DNA of 64,000 nucleotides from Malacoraja senta. Taxonomy: Eukaryota. A program made the translations under genes and the position numbers. Positions 49,745 to 63,038 of this stretch are shown in pieces. The first letter of the stretch is position 1, and each line of letters opens with the position of its first letter. The stretch covers positions 60,822,001 to 60,886,000 of the forward strand of contig CM075982.1 in the NCBI GenBank assembly GCA_038087875.1, given 5' to 3'. The notes beneath the pieces were generated by a model. It saw only the letters and a program-made list of their open reading frames with translations. It did no database searches and was not told the origin of the DNA.

Positions 49745-49997
49745 ATAGGAAGGAACTACGGATGCTGGTTTACACCGAAGATAGGCACAAAATGTTGGAA
49801 TAACTCAGTGGGACAGACAGCATCGCTAGATAAGGAATGGGTGATGTTTCGGGTCGAGACCCTTCTTCAGACTGAATGAGACTGAAGACTGAAACTGTGA
49901 TCAGACTGAAGAAGAGTCTTGACCCGAAACTTCACCTATTTCTTCTCTCCAGAAATGCTAACTGTCCCACTGAGTTACTCCAGAATTTTTTGTCTAC
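49745..49997. mobile_element. Palindromic PLE-derived insertion
   Basis: Inverted arms around a spacer of short GACTGAA repeats (49871-49905). Confidence 0.85.
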
Positions 49998-50189
49998 ATA
50001 TAATATCAGGTTGCCTCTTGAAAATGACTATTGAAATACCGCTACATTCCAGATCCTATTCATTAATCAAATTCGCCTGTGGTTCCTGTTATCGTACAAG
50101 TAGTTCTAATGACAAACCATTTTGCTAAGAAAACAGTTGCATTAAACAGTTGCAGTCACTATGTTTTTAGTGGAGCTCCCTTGTAGGAA

Positions 50190-50350
50190 TGGATTGAATT
50201 GAATTGAATTTAATAATTTATTATCACATGTGACAAGTCACAGCGAAATTCTTATAGTCGCCATAAAGGGAGCTTACATAGTTACAAATCCCCCACCCCG
50301 CGCCAGGTCCCCCTTTGTTCTCCCCCCCCCTCCCCCACGCCGGGTCCTCC
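50190..50350 (-). mobile_element. Rex1-type LINE 3' end stub
   Basis: (ATTGA)n tail, TTTATTATCACATGTGACAAGTCACAGCGAAATTC; GAATGGA on both sides. Confidence 0.55.
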
Positions 50351-51627
50351 ATTGAATGGAATAAACATGCAGCCACTAGTATCTAGCACGTTCAAGATAA
50401 TTAAACAGAGATGCATTTCAATGCAACTTTCTCCTTTTTTCAAAACCTTACATGGCATCTCTTTAACTATATACTTAACCCGTTCTGATAGAAGGAGAAT
50501 AATCCCAACAGTTTAATGATATTTTAATTTTATTACGCAGTATTTCTAGCAAAGTTAGAACACCAATCAGACCTTGCATCTTCTCCACCTTTCAAGTAAA
50601 TGATGGTTGACTTTTTTCATTAATCTATTTTCCCATCATCAATCCATAATCAAGGCTGGCCTCTTTTAGCAAAGCAACCCATATGACAAGAAATGCAAAA
50701 TATCTTGTTTAGGTATGCAGATTGGCATTCAGAGGACTATGAATAAATGAACTGAGACTATCTAGGATAATTATTTCCTAGGTTTTACCATTCTTCTTTT
50801 GCCACCTCGTTTTCAATCTTGCTCTCTGCTATAGATTCTTCCGATGCCCTGAACGCAGTTTGCAGCGTCTTTGTTAATGCTTTCTGGCTTTTCATCGCTG
50901 CTGTTTTCTTTTCTATGGTCGTATTTCAGTTGCACTGTTTCTGAGTTAATTTCCCATGACATGTTAAGCATTTGCAAGCAAAAGGGACAATTTCCTCCAT
51001 ATTCTATGCAGGGAATGATGATGCATTGTCTCTTCAATGAATCATTCTTGCAGGTTAGTTTTAGCCATTGTAATAGATGAGTTGGCGGCGTGAAAAAGAT
51101 TTGCGATTTTGGCCAATCTTGCTTTTGTGCTGGAGAAGCTTTTCTGCACACGCAGATGACAGTGAGAGTATGTGACGGTAGGAACAGTGAAAGCCAGCTG
51201 GATGGTGGAGGATCTGTGTTGGCAAGTGGTCGACCCTTTTAACATCATTGAACGTCTTCCTATACCACGTGCCAGTTACTTGTAGAAGTGCTGAACGCCA
51301 TTGCTGGCTCCAGAGACTCTTACTGTCCTTAGTGCTTTTAATATTCCGCAATCATTCCCTTCCATTTATGTTTTCTTCAGTGAATCCAAGAATTGAGAGG
51401 CTCTTCCAGCTCCTCAAACTTAAAACACTCTTTCTAATTCAGCCACACTTTCAGAAAAAAAATATGGCATTGCTTTTTACTGTTAAGTATTAACAGTTGT
51501 CCCAGAATTATATTTCCAATCCACCCAGAACAGGAAATTTATCAGGAGTGGTAACGCAAGTGCAGCCTACTTGGGCTCCAGGCAAGATGCTCTTAAACTA
51601 CCCTGAGTGATGTAAAAGGCCAGCAGA

Positions 51628-51743
51628 TCTCCCCCTCCCTGACTCTCAGTCTGATGAAGGGTCACGACCCAAAACGTCACCTATTCCTTTTCTCCAGAGA
51701 TGCTGCCTGACCTGCTGAGTTACTCCAGCATTTTGTGTTTACC
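51628..51743 (+). mobile_element. PLE terminal repeat
   Basis: CTGATGAAGGGTCACGACCCAAAACGTC (canonical CUGAUGA, GAAA mutated). Confidence 0.85.
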
Positions 51744-54068
51744 TAGAGTGTTTCAATGGTTTCGTAACTACCGTGCTATAACGCAGGCTTGCAGCAAAGG
51801 CAGAGTGTGGTAAACTTTGGTATTCATCTGTTGTTAATACTATTCAGTTGACAGAATGTGACATTCGGATCAGTTTGTAAGTGTCAACTTGCTTGATATG
51901 AGATAATGAAGATGCATGTCAGCCATCATTGGCAACACACAGCTTGAGAAACAGAATTAAAAAACCTCACATATTTTAAAAAGAGAACAATTCAAGATTA
52001 TAATCTAATTTCTAATATTGATATCAGCTATATCTCTTGATTGGATTACATTCTTGTGATTCACCAGATGCAAACTATTTTCTCTATACTTTAGTTCTGA
52101 AGGGTAAATGTTGTATCATTTCTTCAGCTAAACTGTCCATTGTTCCAATTTACTACCTTCAAAATGTGACAATAATATTTTTTATTCACAGGCTTCAGAA
52201 TGAATTAAATCACAAATTTCAGATATCTCCAAATTAATGTTTTAAAATATAGAAATTCATAGTACTAAGTTCCCAGGTGATAGTCATTTGGAACCATTTA
52301 GTTTCCAAGCGAATCGTGCTTGCATTTACATGGATGACGAGACATGTTAAAAGGTTCTGTTTCCCTCCTGGCTACAGTGTGGTTCCCCTATGTCCGTGAG
52401 GTTGTACGCAGAGAACAAATATCCGCAATCAGACATGAATGTGCCTTCTTGCAATCATTTACAGTTTTGCAAGGAAATCTTGCCAAACTGGATCTTCATT
52501 TTTTTAATTGTGTATTATAAAGAAACTATATAAATACTCTGTCACTCCAATTTGTTTAATAACTTCTGTGCTTTGTGAATGTTGATTCAGAGTAATGTCG
52601 AAGAGTAAATCAACTCCAACAAGGGAGATATTCGCAATGAGAGAGATCTGCAAACCCCTCATCAATGCACCTAGATGTTAAGATACTACTCATTGCTATT
52701 CCCTTTCTACTGCATGGTCCATAAAACTTTGTGACTGTTCTGCAAGAAAAGAATGCAGGAAGCAGATGCAGTTCAGTGAAGACTTCAACCAAATTATTCC
52801 ACAAAAATCAGATAAGCTTAAAACATTCTTCAAACATAATGTCATTTTGGGTAGAGAATTACACTGAGAGCTTCCCAGTGAACTCAAGGCATCGCTTCAG
52901 GGGAACATATTACATTTCCGCTTTGATGTGGGGCAATGAGTTGCGGAGGCGAGGAGGGAAATATTCTCTCTGGTTCGGGTTGACATCCTGCATTTTGTGC
53001 CTCAAGCCAACATGCTGAACTATTTAAAAGCTGTGTGTTGTCCCACAGGGCTTGGGGTAGGAGTGTCACTGTAGTTAGCTTGTTCAAAGCCATTGCCACG
53101 GCACAGTCAGTGGTTACCAGAGTGACATGATTCGAAACAGTAAGATCTAAGATGGCAGTGGAGGCAATCGCACAACGATCTGTCCAGTTTCCAGATAAAA
53201 ATTAATTGTGCTGTGTAAAATGACACAAATGAAACTCTCCTAAACACTGTTGTCATGGAGATTGTGATGTGCTGTCTGCTACTATATATCAACATGGTGC
53301 TCCAAAATGACCAAGCTAGATATTCCCTTCAGATAACTGAACTGTTTTTACCTATACTACAGCATTTAACAGGATTGTTTCTCTTCTTGTGCATTTAGCT
53401 TGATTTCTCCCATACCAACCATCTGCTGTTAAGTCGTAAACAAAGCCTTTGTTTTGGGAAGTTTAAAACAGTTATGAGTAAGGATCCTGCTTCCCAACAT
53501 CTGTGGGGGGAAAGGGGCCGTATTTAGAAACTCCGCTGTCAACCGGAGTGTTTAGAACGTTCTCAGATAGTAGCTGAGAAATGTGCTTGAACATGGCTGA
53601 ATGATATGCCTAGGGTGGTTTTGTTACCCAGCTAATACAGCACAGGGAACATGTAATTTCTTGCACACCAATACACTTTGAAGGCTTCAAGTGGTCTTTT
53701 AACACGTGTAACTTTTATTTTGTCTTGATTCCATATTTGAACTTAAACGTAGAGGAGTGTTAAAATTGCATCCAATCCCTCTTAAAGAATCAATGAGTAG
53801 TATAAACAATAAACAATGTGTGAATGTATTAATATGACAACCTATATGCTGCATTTTTTGTATTCCATTAGAGTGTACAGAGTCCCTGGGGCAGAAATTT
53901 GATTCTATTGCGAGGGATAAGTGATTGCTAAATGAGCATCCATGTTCTCCAACGTTCAAAATTTGCTTCCGTTAAAGTCAATGAAATTGAACATTGGGAA
54001 GTTGTGAGTAAATGGGCAACCAATGTAAAGGGTCAACAATGAAAGACAAATTACTACCTCTTGGCATT

Positions 54069-54215
54069 GAACACAGAACAGTATAACATAGGAACATGTC
54101 CTTTCAGTCCGCAGTGTCCGAGCATGCTGACCGTGCTGCCAATTTAACAGGCATATCTCCAAGTGTGTCATCTACATGTCAATGCTCCACCTGCTCATGC
54201 ATCTGTCTAATTGCC
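54069..54215 (-). mobile_element. Old CR1 3' tail
   Basis: GAACACAGAACAGTATAACATAGGAACATG.CCTTTCAG.CC. Confidence 0.6.
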
Positions 54216-54802
54216 TATGGACTTTAGCAACACCTTTTGATAAGGTTCCGCATGGTGATCTACTCTGGAAGATGAGAGCTCATGGGATAGGGAGAACTAG
54301 CTAACTGGATACAGAATTGGCTTCATGGGAGGAAGCAGAGGATGGTGGTGCAAGATTGCTTTTCGAACTGGAGGCCTATGCCTCAGGGTATGGTGTTTGT
54401 CATCTATATCAACAATTTGGACGAGAGTATACAAGACATGATTAATGTTTGTAGATAACACCTAAAATTGTTGGATTGTGGACAGTGAACATGTTTATCA
54501 AGAATTACAAGTAGGATCCTGATCAGCTGAGCAAGTGGGCAGAGGGATGGCTAATGGGATTTAATTCAGATAAGTGTGGGATGTTGGATTTTGGGAAGTT
54601 AAACAAGGGCATGACCTTTACAGTGAAAGGTAGACCAGGGGAATCTAGGAGTGCAAGTGCTTAGTTCCCTGAAAGTGGAGTCACAGCCAAATAAGGTGAC
54701 AAAAAAGGACGTTGGCACGTTATGTTAGAGTTGTACAAGACATTGGTGGGGCTGCACTTTGAGTATTGTGTTCAGTTTTGGTTACCCTGCTATCGAAAAG
54801 AT
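54216..54802 (+). mobile_element. Degenerate CR1 RT fragment
   Basis: MDFS..FDKVPHG.LLWK; LELYKTLVG.H.EYCVQFW.PCYRKD. Confidence 0.88.
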
Positions 54803-54803
54803 C

Positions 54804-54964
54804 CTGGAGTAACTCATCGGGACAGGCAGCATCTCTGGAGAGAAGGAATGGGTGATGTTTTGGGTCGAGACCCTTCTTCAGACAGACGTTGCCTGTCCCA
54901 CCGAGTTACTCCAGCTTTGTGTGTCTATCTTCGGTTTAAACCCGCATCTGTAGTTCCTTCCTAC
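54804..54964. mobile_element. Inverted PLE-derived insertion
   Basis: Antisense arm to GACCCTTCTTCAGAC, then sense arm ending GTTCCTTCCTAC. Confidence 0.85.
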
Positions 54965-56384
54965 TTATTTATTACCCTGCCAACTTCCTCTAGCTTGATT
55001 TATTTTACTCTAAACTGGTAAACCCCTTGCAACCAACATCATTTTTTTTCATTTGAGATTAAACTTGACGTGTTCGTCCAATGTAGGCTCACACAAAGTG
55101 GAAAATCTGTAGCAACTGTCCAAGTCAAGCTGACTGAGCTCATTTTGGAAACTCTTGGGACCTATCATTGGCCTTGATTCACTGATTTGAGTAAGGGAAA
55201 TGACTCAAAGCTTAGCCTAGATCGCTATCAAAATGATGCTTTAGAAAGTGCATGAAGACAGAATTTGGCTCTCATGTGTTGTTCACCTTGTGAATAATCT
55301 GGCACCCCTCACTGTCAGATTACATGCAAGCATAATAACCACTTGCTGAAGTACCAGGGGATCACTTGCACACCAGCACAAGGAATCACTGCAAAAGGGA
55401 ATATAAACACAAGGAATAAAGAAGAGGTCATTCGGGCATGTATGTAGTGAGCATGTTTACATGGTTGAAAAAGCTGCCATCATGAAATCCACCTCTTTCC
55501 TATGATCTCTACTCATAATAGAACCCTATAATATTAGCTCTGCATTCGTGCAAATGTGATTTGAGTTTGTAACCAAGGAATTATTAAGGCCTTTCTGCTC
55601 TGGTCTGACTCCCATGCTGAAGAGTTATTCCATTCCTTCCCAGTGTGCTTGCCACATTGAAGCTCCACAAAGGTGATACAGCCTTCCTGCCCCATGTGAA
55701 ATTTAACTTTGTGCCCCTACCCCAATGTGACAAGTCGGCTTTCACTGTTAGTGACAACCGGTGATCACATTTGTGGAGAAGTGCGATGTAGACTTATTTG
55801 GTCTTATTCCTCACAGTCAAATCTTGGAATGACACAGGAGAGACAAAGGCCATTCAGCCCCTCTGTGCGGATGCGAGGCGAAAGAGCTGTCATATTCATC
55901 CATATACTCTGGAGTATGTGTTCCCCTTCAAGTAAAGATCTCTTTCGGAAGTTACTTTAAACTGCTTCTACCACCCCATCAGGATATGAAATAATGTGGG
56001 GAATAATTGTTCACTTTAATTGTAAATTGATTATCCCAGTAACCTTAATGAAAATAATTACCACATTCTGGGATATGTTGGATCACTTTACAAGATTGTA
56101 CGTCCTACTGGTTGTGAGTCATTCTTGTGTTCCTGATATGGTTTCTATGACAGATGTAAATAGAATAACTTTGTTCCCCATGCACCACCTGTTTTGGAAA
56201 ATTGCAGAGAAACATAGTATTTCCCATGGCAACTTATCTATCATTAGTCACTGCTTGGTCTGCTAAACTTTCCCCGTGCAATTGGGATTGGGACTACTAT
56301 TGGGCAAGTCCTACCCTTAACTTTATTTGCTCAGCCTCAATGATGCTGATGTTGATTCTTGCCCACACTTACTGTCTCAGTCCA

Positions 56385-56722
56385 ACACCCTGGTCATTCT
56401 TCTTCTTCTTCATTCTCCCATTGGCAAGAAGAGATAAAAGTTTGAAAGCATGTATCACAGGATGTAAAAAACAGCTTCTTTCCTGCTGTCACGTGACTCT
56501 TGAACAGACCTCTTATCAAGGATGTACTCCTGCTCTCCCGATCTGCCTCATTACAGTCCTTGCACTTTTTTTTTGTACTTGCACTTTCCCTGTAGCTGTA
56601 ATGCAATATTCTGCACTCCGTTTTCTTTTGCATTTTGCACGCCCTAGTGTACTCAGATATGATTATGATTGTATAAAGTGAAATTAGAACCTTGGTACTT
56701 TAATGTTTTTACCTAATAAAAA
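56385..56722 (+). mobile_element. Rex1/Babar-type LINE 3' end
   Basis: Homologous to 24635-24986 (AAAAGTTTGAAAGCATG..AACAGCTTCTTTCC). Confidence 0.75.
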
Positions 56723-56984
56723 ATACCATTCTTAGTTTTGAAATTAGCAGTTATCCTAGTTATTGCAGGCTTTAGGAGAGAGAATTGCAAATTCCCACTG
56801 TACACTCTGTGAAAAATCACTTCCTGACATTAAATGAGGTCATTTCGTTGCAGCTAACACTAGTTGATAATTTGGGAGGATGATCTAAATCATGGGTTGC
56901 AAGCTTTTTATTAGACTTACTGAATGTAATCACCTGTGCAAATGATCTCTTTTCCAATTTTTCAATTCTCCAATTTTAAGTAAA

Positions 56985-57452
56985 CCCCCCCCCCCCTTCA
57001 CACCCCCCACCCGCACTTTTTCCTGTGACTTCCACCCCGCTCTTCAACCCTTTCTCCCACTATCCCATCTTTCTTCCCCTTCCCGCTTTCACCTCCCTCT
57101 GCCGCCCCTTCCCCCACCCTTGTCCATTTCCACCTATATCCCTCTATCTTGCTTTAAATTTAACTCCTCCTCATCTGACACCCTTGTATCTACTTTTCAT
57201 CTCCAACTTCTGTCCACCCATGTTCAAATCAGCCTCACCCCCCCCCCCCCCCCATCTCATGTGTATCCTCCTATCACTTGCCAGGCTTTGTCCCACCCCC
57301 ACCTTTTTTCCAGCTTTCTCACCCACCCCACTACAATTGGGCCGAAAAAGGGTCCCAACCCGAAGCGTTGCCTATCCATTCCCTCCACAGATGCTGTATT
57401 ACTCAAGGTGCAGTGTTACTCAAATTTCCAGCATCTGCAGTTCCTTGTCTCT
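56985..57452 (+). mobile_element. PLE 3' UTR (pyrimidine-rich) plus terminal repeat
   Basis: Inverse of the purine-rich tract at 11230-11400; degenerate motif AAGGGTCCCAACCCGAAGCGTTGCC; ends CCAGCATCTGCAGTTCCTTG. Confidence 0.7.
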
Positions 57453-57832
57453 CACTACATCCTGCTGGATATGTTAAAACATTACTTCAGAAACCCTAAA
57501 AAATGTAATATTTGATAATTGGAGGTGATCATGCTTTGTCCTGCCCCTACTGTAAAACATCTAGTCAAATTATGATTCTACATTATATTCCTATTTGGCC
57601 AGTGGCCTTGTGCCTTTAAGGACATGTTAAAGTCTAATTGGAATATAAACCTGGCTAGTACTCTGCTTGAAATGCAATACAAAAGGAATCAAAGTTCTAG
57701 GAGTAAAATTGGCTTATATAAAACGTCGATAACTTTCATATCTGATTTTAATATCTTAAAGCTTGTTCTGCGTAAGCAATTCATAAAGAAAAGTTAGGCA
57801 GATATCTTAACTTGCCCTCAAATAGTTGATGT

Positions 57833-57996
57833 GCAGGAAGGATCTGCAGATGCTGGTTAAAATCGAAGATAGACACAAAATGCTGGAGTAACTCATCGGG
57901 ACAGGCAGCATCTCTGGAGAGAAGGAATGGGTGATGTTTCGGGTCTGAAGAAGGATCTCGACCCATTCCTTTTCTCCAGAGATGCTGCCTGTCCCA
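57833..57996. mobile_element. Palindromic PLE-derived insertion
   Basis: 16-bp TSD CTCAA(A/G)TAGTTGATGT (57817-57832, 57997-58012). Confidence 0.9.
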
Positions 57997-58232
57997 CTCA
58001 AGTAGTTGATGTTGTGTTTTGAAAGTGTATTCAGTGAACAACTCCTCTATAATGTTTAGCATACCACCTACTTTGAGGGATTTGCTCCGTGTTGGCTACA
58101 AATCATGCATTTATTGTTCAAGTTCAGAATGAAATATATTGGCCATTGAACTCTCGGAGGCATGCTCATTTTGTACATTCGCCAACCTCAGTGTATATTA
58201 TTATCTGGCTTACTGGCCTTCCCTTATATTAC

Positions 58233-58452
58233 TGTGTAGGAAGGAACTGCAGATGCTGGTTTAAACCGAAGATAGACATAAAATGCTGGAGTAACTCAGC
58301 GGGACAGGCAGCATCTCTGGAGAGAAGGAATGGGTGACGTTTCAGGTCGAGATTTGAAGTCTGAAGAAGGGTCTCGACCCGAAACATCACCCATTCCTTC
58401 TCTCCAGAGATGCTGCCTGTCCCGCTGAATTGCTCTAGAGTTTTTACGTTCG
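58233..58452. mobile_element. Palindromic PLE-derived insertion
   Basis: 13-bp TSD TCCCTTA(T/C)ATTAC (58220-58232, 58453-58465); CTGAAGAAGGGTCTCGACCCGAAAC at 58361. Confidence 0.9.
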
Positions 58453-61119
58453 TCCCTTACATTACCAATCATTCCCTGTATAACAACTGCATTTTTCAGG
58501 CCATTCTTTTTTCAAGAGGCTTTCCACTAACTTCGTTTTAATATTTTATGAGAGGGGAAAAAATAAAATAAAATAAAATCCCAGAAGCGGTTTCCCTGAG
58601 GGAGCCGCTATTTTATTTTTTGATTTGACTCTGAAGAATGGCTGTCTGCTCTGACTGAAGCCTGTATTGTACACAGCCATGGAGCAGTAATTGAACACTC
58701 CCGGCCCGCCCTCATTTGCATTTGCCTGCCTCTGAGTGACAGCTGTACACGAAATGCCACATCAGTTGCCAGTGTGTTGTGAGTCCGCACTAACAATCCC
58801 GTGGCTCGGGGGAAGACCTGCCATATTGTGATTTGGCTATCAGGCATGAAGGAAATAATTTCAAGTGCCAGGAATATGAGGCTGAATAAATGTTTCAGTG
58901 CTTCTGTATGCTGGAGGTGACAGTTCTGATTTACTGTAAAGTAATGCCCTTTTATCTACGGGATTGGCTTTTCTCTTGGTATTCTAGACATTTGTAAATT
59001 AAAAATTAATATTAAAATGATTTCATGCCAGGCTGCAATCGCCCAACTGAACTGGACCAGTACGCTTAAAACTAGAACCCAGTTGGTCATAAATAGAAAT
59101 AATTTAAAATCATCTATATATGCAGATGACTGCAGCAACACCTCATAGCATATTCTAGTGCGCTTAACCTTGTGCAGTTTGGCAGTCAAGTTTGTTGAAT
59201 GATAGACCATCAGGCTCCATGTACAATGTGGGTTGGGGAAGGGAGTCAGAGAAAAGAACAATATTTGGAGAAATTATTATTCGGGGTGTTTAATGTTTGG
59301 AAATGTTCATTTAACAAAGTTGATATCTTTGGCAAACAAGGTACCAAAGAGTGGGAATATCAGCAGCACTTGGTCTCTGTTATATGAGCAGTGGTACCAT
59401 TGAGATTAAGCAGTGAGGGGATGTAGACGATGAAATGATCACCTGTAGATAGGACCTTTGTGCTGCTTTAGACTTGTGCTTTGCTTTTTAGTGTCTCCAA
59501 CGTGATCTATTAGTCATACAAATAAAATGCTATCTGTTGGAGTAAGAACTTACAATAATAGTTTTTAAGGTAATATGTTTTAATGCTGTAATTATACATG
59601 TAAGCCATCAATTTTTAATAAAATATTGTAATAATGACTACAGAGTAGAAACGTTGCAAGTCAGAACGTCAGGAGACATTTGGGCAATGCAATAAGACTG
59701 AACTAGATAAAGAGTATGAATCAGAAATAAATCCCAAATGAAATAGACGGTGCCACGAATGTACTGCTTGGAAAATAATATTAAAAAATACCTACCATGC
59801 CTAATGGGAGAGAAATAGATGCTTGCTTGCTAATAGCCCAAAGGAGATTATGTGCACTCCACCCCTTCAAAACGTAAAAGAGGAAGCCAATTTAATCAGG
59901 CTACCATAATGTACTCAAAAAAAGTGTAGCAAAAAACACTTCTAACAAAATAATTCCCTTTCAACTGCAGTCAGCTGCTTTATTATTTAGTCTGGGAATC
60001 GGAGCACCTTTGTTTTCCTCTCTAGAGGCTGGGGGGGATTGGTCAGTTGGGTCAATGGGGGAGATAATGAAGAGGGTAAAGGATGATGGTTAACATTGAA
60101 ACATATATTTTTTATCCATCCTCAGGGCCCTACCTTACAGAGAATTCCAAATGCTATCACAGGTTCATTTTTGATTAAACACCACAGAAATATCTCTCCA
60201 CTCTTCTTTCAACAACACATCATAACCCTTGAGCCTCAGAAATGCCGTATCTATTGCAACAGTGTGTCACTTTCCAAACCCCACACCAGCCAATATATTT
60301 CTTCTCTAACAAGACACTATAATTAATGCCATAACATTGGCCAAAATTGTAGTGTGGAGCACTGTCATCTAAGGTCTATGTTTGAGGTCATCAGTGCCTC
60401 TCATATCTGAAAGAAAGAGAACATTTGTTGGAGAGACAATTGAACGTCCATTTTGCTGCCCCATGATAACTAAAGACGCATGTTAATGGAGCAATATTTA
60501 ATTGGATTTCCCCCACACTCTATGTCTAAAGCTAAACATGGTATGTGATTCAAGAAGATCTAGAACATTTCTTGCATTTACTGCATGAAATTTCCCAGCA
60601 CAGCCGAACATCGACATGGCAAGCTGAACTAAAGAACAAGTTAAGAATTTTCTGTTATAAAGTAGGCTAAATAGATAATTACAGTTTGGGCATACTTTGT
60701 TGGATAGACAGTATGGACCAAATGTCCTTTGCTATGAGTTTGTGACATGATGTACTCTAAACTAGAGGCAGTTTAAAGATAATAGTGGATAACATTTGCA
60801 CACTGCAATAGGACGGAATCAGAAAAAAAGACCATGAATCCCGAAGAAATCCCAGAAACAACAGGCAAGGACCATGTATATACTACAAGAAAACAGAAGA
60901 AAACATATCCATTGCAGCATATGGAGGTAAACTCCTATAAGTAATGGAATCTAAAATCATAGTAATAGTTCACAATGTTCCATCAGCACCATGTGCTCAA
61001 CTGTTTTGTAACAGATGAGGCTGTCTTTCCCGACTTCGATAATTATGTGGTGAAGCACATGGCTTGTTTGGAACCTCAAAGTTCAATTTTAAACACAGGA
61101 TATAAATTAACTGATGGAA

Positions 61120-61570
61120 ATTTCAAAGAGGTGCCGGAATGGAGAGACCTGAGGGTTCACACATGCACAACATTTCTGAAAAGAGCTGGGTAACTTCAAA
61201 CGGAGTTTAACAAATAACAGCATAGGATATAAAAAGGCCAGAGAATACAAGGACATTATGGTAAGCAGAGGTGAAAGTTAACTGGTACCAGTAAAAAGTT
61301 TAAATTACTTTCACTCCTTATGGTAAGACTTTATGATTAAGCAGCTGAGTTCCAGATAGCATATGGTCCATAGTTTAGGAAGTATGTAATGGTGTTGGAG
61401 AAGGCAAAGACAAATGATTCTGGAGGAGAGGATTTTTTGTTGATTAAAGAGACTTCAGAAAGTGGAATTGTTCTCTGGGCAGAGAAGGTTAAAAAGGTCA
61501 CGATGAAAAATGTCCAAAATTATGTTCATGTCTCATAGGAGTAGATCACTTCACCATGGGGGGTTGAGTC
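61120..61570 (+). mobile_element. Very old CR1 remnant
   Basis: GAGAGACCTGAGGGTTCAC (RDLGV-like), GGTGTTGGAGAAGG, TTCTCTGGGCAGAGAAGGTTAA. Confidence 0.5.
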
Positions 61571-61854
61571 AGTCATGGATATGGATGGTAATGTTGTAAT
61601 TTGATGATAGATCGATTAATGTTTGCAAACTGCTGGGCAGTTTTGATCTTTTCAGTGCTTTGTAACTGTGATTATGCAATAAAAGCCCCTTGTTAAGGGA
61701 AAATAAAGGAGATCACTGGGGAACATGTACATTAGTTGGTAGGTCCCAGGGTTGTAAGGAACAATCCAGGATATGTTAAGGAGCAGTTTTTCAACAGCTG
61801 GGATGTTTCAATGTAGAATGCACCATCTCAGAAGATGATGGAATCATATTCAAT

Positions 61855-62013
61855 GGTAGACCAAAATGCTGGAGAAATGCTTCTTCAGAGTCTGGTCTCG
61901 ACCCGAAACGTCAACTATTCCTTCGCTCCATAGATGCTGCCTCACCCGCTGAGTTTCTCCAGCATTTTTGCCTACCTTCAATTTTTCCAGCATCTGCAGT
62001 TCTTTCTTAAACA
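61855..62013. mobile_element. PLE-derived insertion with short inverted arm
   Basis: Exact 13-bp TSD AATCATATTCAAT (61842-61854, 62014-62026). Confidence 0.9.
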
Positions 62014-62680
62014 AATCATATTCAATAGTAACTTGTAAAAGGAATTGGATGTATTTTAAGAGGAACATTTACTAGAAGATGGGGAAAAATTGGGGAAGTA
62101 GATTTAACTCCCCCAGCTGATTCGTAATGTTCTAAGGGACAGGGGATACTCTGCCTTGCCGGTGTTGTCCAGGCACCAAGATCCGGAAATTGAAAAGAAT
62201 ACATGAAAGGGATCAGTTTTATGCCTCAGAAGTTCACAACATGGAACAACACTGGCACCTAGAGTTACAGTGGAACTTGCAGTTTACTTGCCGCCTCTAC
62301 CAATGGCAGAAATGGGATGGAGTTGGATGTAGTGGTGATAAACTCCTGCACAGAAGCACAGGGTGGATTAGGAAGATAACTTTGCTGACCTTTAGCCATC
62401 TTTTTTCATAGATTTTTAAATTTGCATCGCGGGAATTTGTTTATGCTGGATGCCCTCATAACCTTCATGGTAGCAGGAAAGGAGCATTGCCAGCTGTACT
62501 CCTGCAGGTATAACACCCTGCAGAACACCCTGCTCTATGCTCAGAGATATCAGGTGCAAAACAAGGAAGAATGCTGCAAGGGCTCGAATTATTGGAAATG
62601 AAACTGAATGAACTTAGGATCCTCACAAGAAAAGCATCTCTGAAACAGGAACTCCATAAAGCATCCACAACAAGTACATG

Positions 62681-62903
62681 TGGGGGAAGGAACTGCAGAT
62701 GCTGGTTTACACCGAAGATAGTCACAAAATGGTGGAGTAACTCAGCAGATCAGGCAGCACCTCTGGAGAAAAGGAACGGGTGAGGATTCAGGTCGAGACC
62801 CTTCTTCTTCAGTCTGAAGATGGGTCTCGACCTGAAAAGTCACCTATTCCTTTTCTCCAGAGATGCTCCCTGACCCCTGAGTTATTCCAGCATTGTCTAT
62901 CTT
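62681..62903. mobile_element. Palindromic PLE-derived insertion
   Basis: Exact 15-bp TSD CACAACAAGTACATG (62666-62680, 62904-62918). Confidence 0.92.
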
Positions 62904-62909
62904 CACAAC

Positions 62910-63038
62910 AAGTACATGATTAGGAAAGGTTTAGAGGGAAATGGGCCATGTGTGGGCACATGGGATTAGCTTAGATGGGGCATCTTGGTCGGCATGGACG
63001 AGTTGGGCCGAATGGCCAGTTTCCATGCTGTATGACCT
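62910..63038 (+). mobile_element. CR1 3' tail
   Basis: GTACATG..TAGGAAAGGTTTAGAGGG...TTGGGCCGAATGGCC..TTTCCATGCTGTATGAC. Confidence 0.85.

Noticed and set aside
54782-54980. TTACCCTGC as TSD of the 54804-54964 insert
   Set aside because: CR1 sequence continues past the left copy to ~54802 and does not resume on the right, so the geometry does not fit a clean TSD.
56202-57515. 159-, 150- and 131-aa ORFs
   Set aside because: Read through a Rex1 3' end and a low-complexity pyrimidine-rich PLE UTR.
60977-61073. Imperfect inverted repeat (GTTCCA..CCATGTGCT / AGCACATGG..TGGAAC) as pre-miRNA or MITE
   Set aside because: Interrupted pairing, ~45-nt loop, no TSD seen.
62100-62665. Coiled-coil-looking ORF 62571-62783 or RTE RT remnant on the - strand
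   Set aside because: ORF runs into a PLE insert; RTE-like motifs are too degraded to support.
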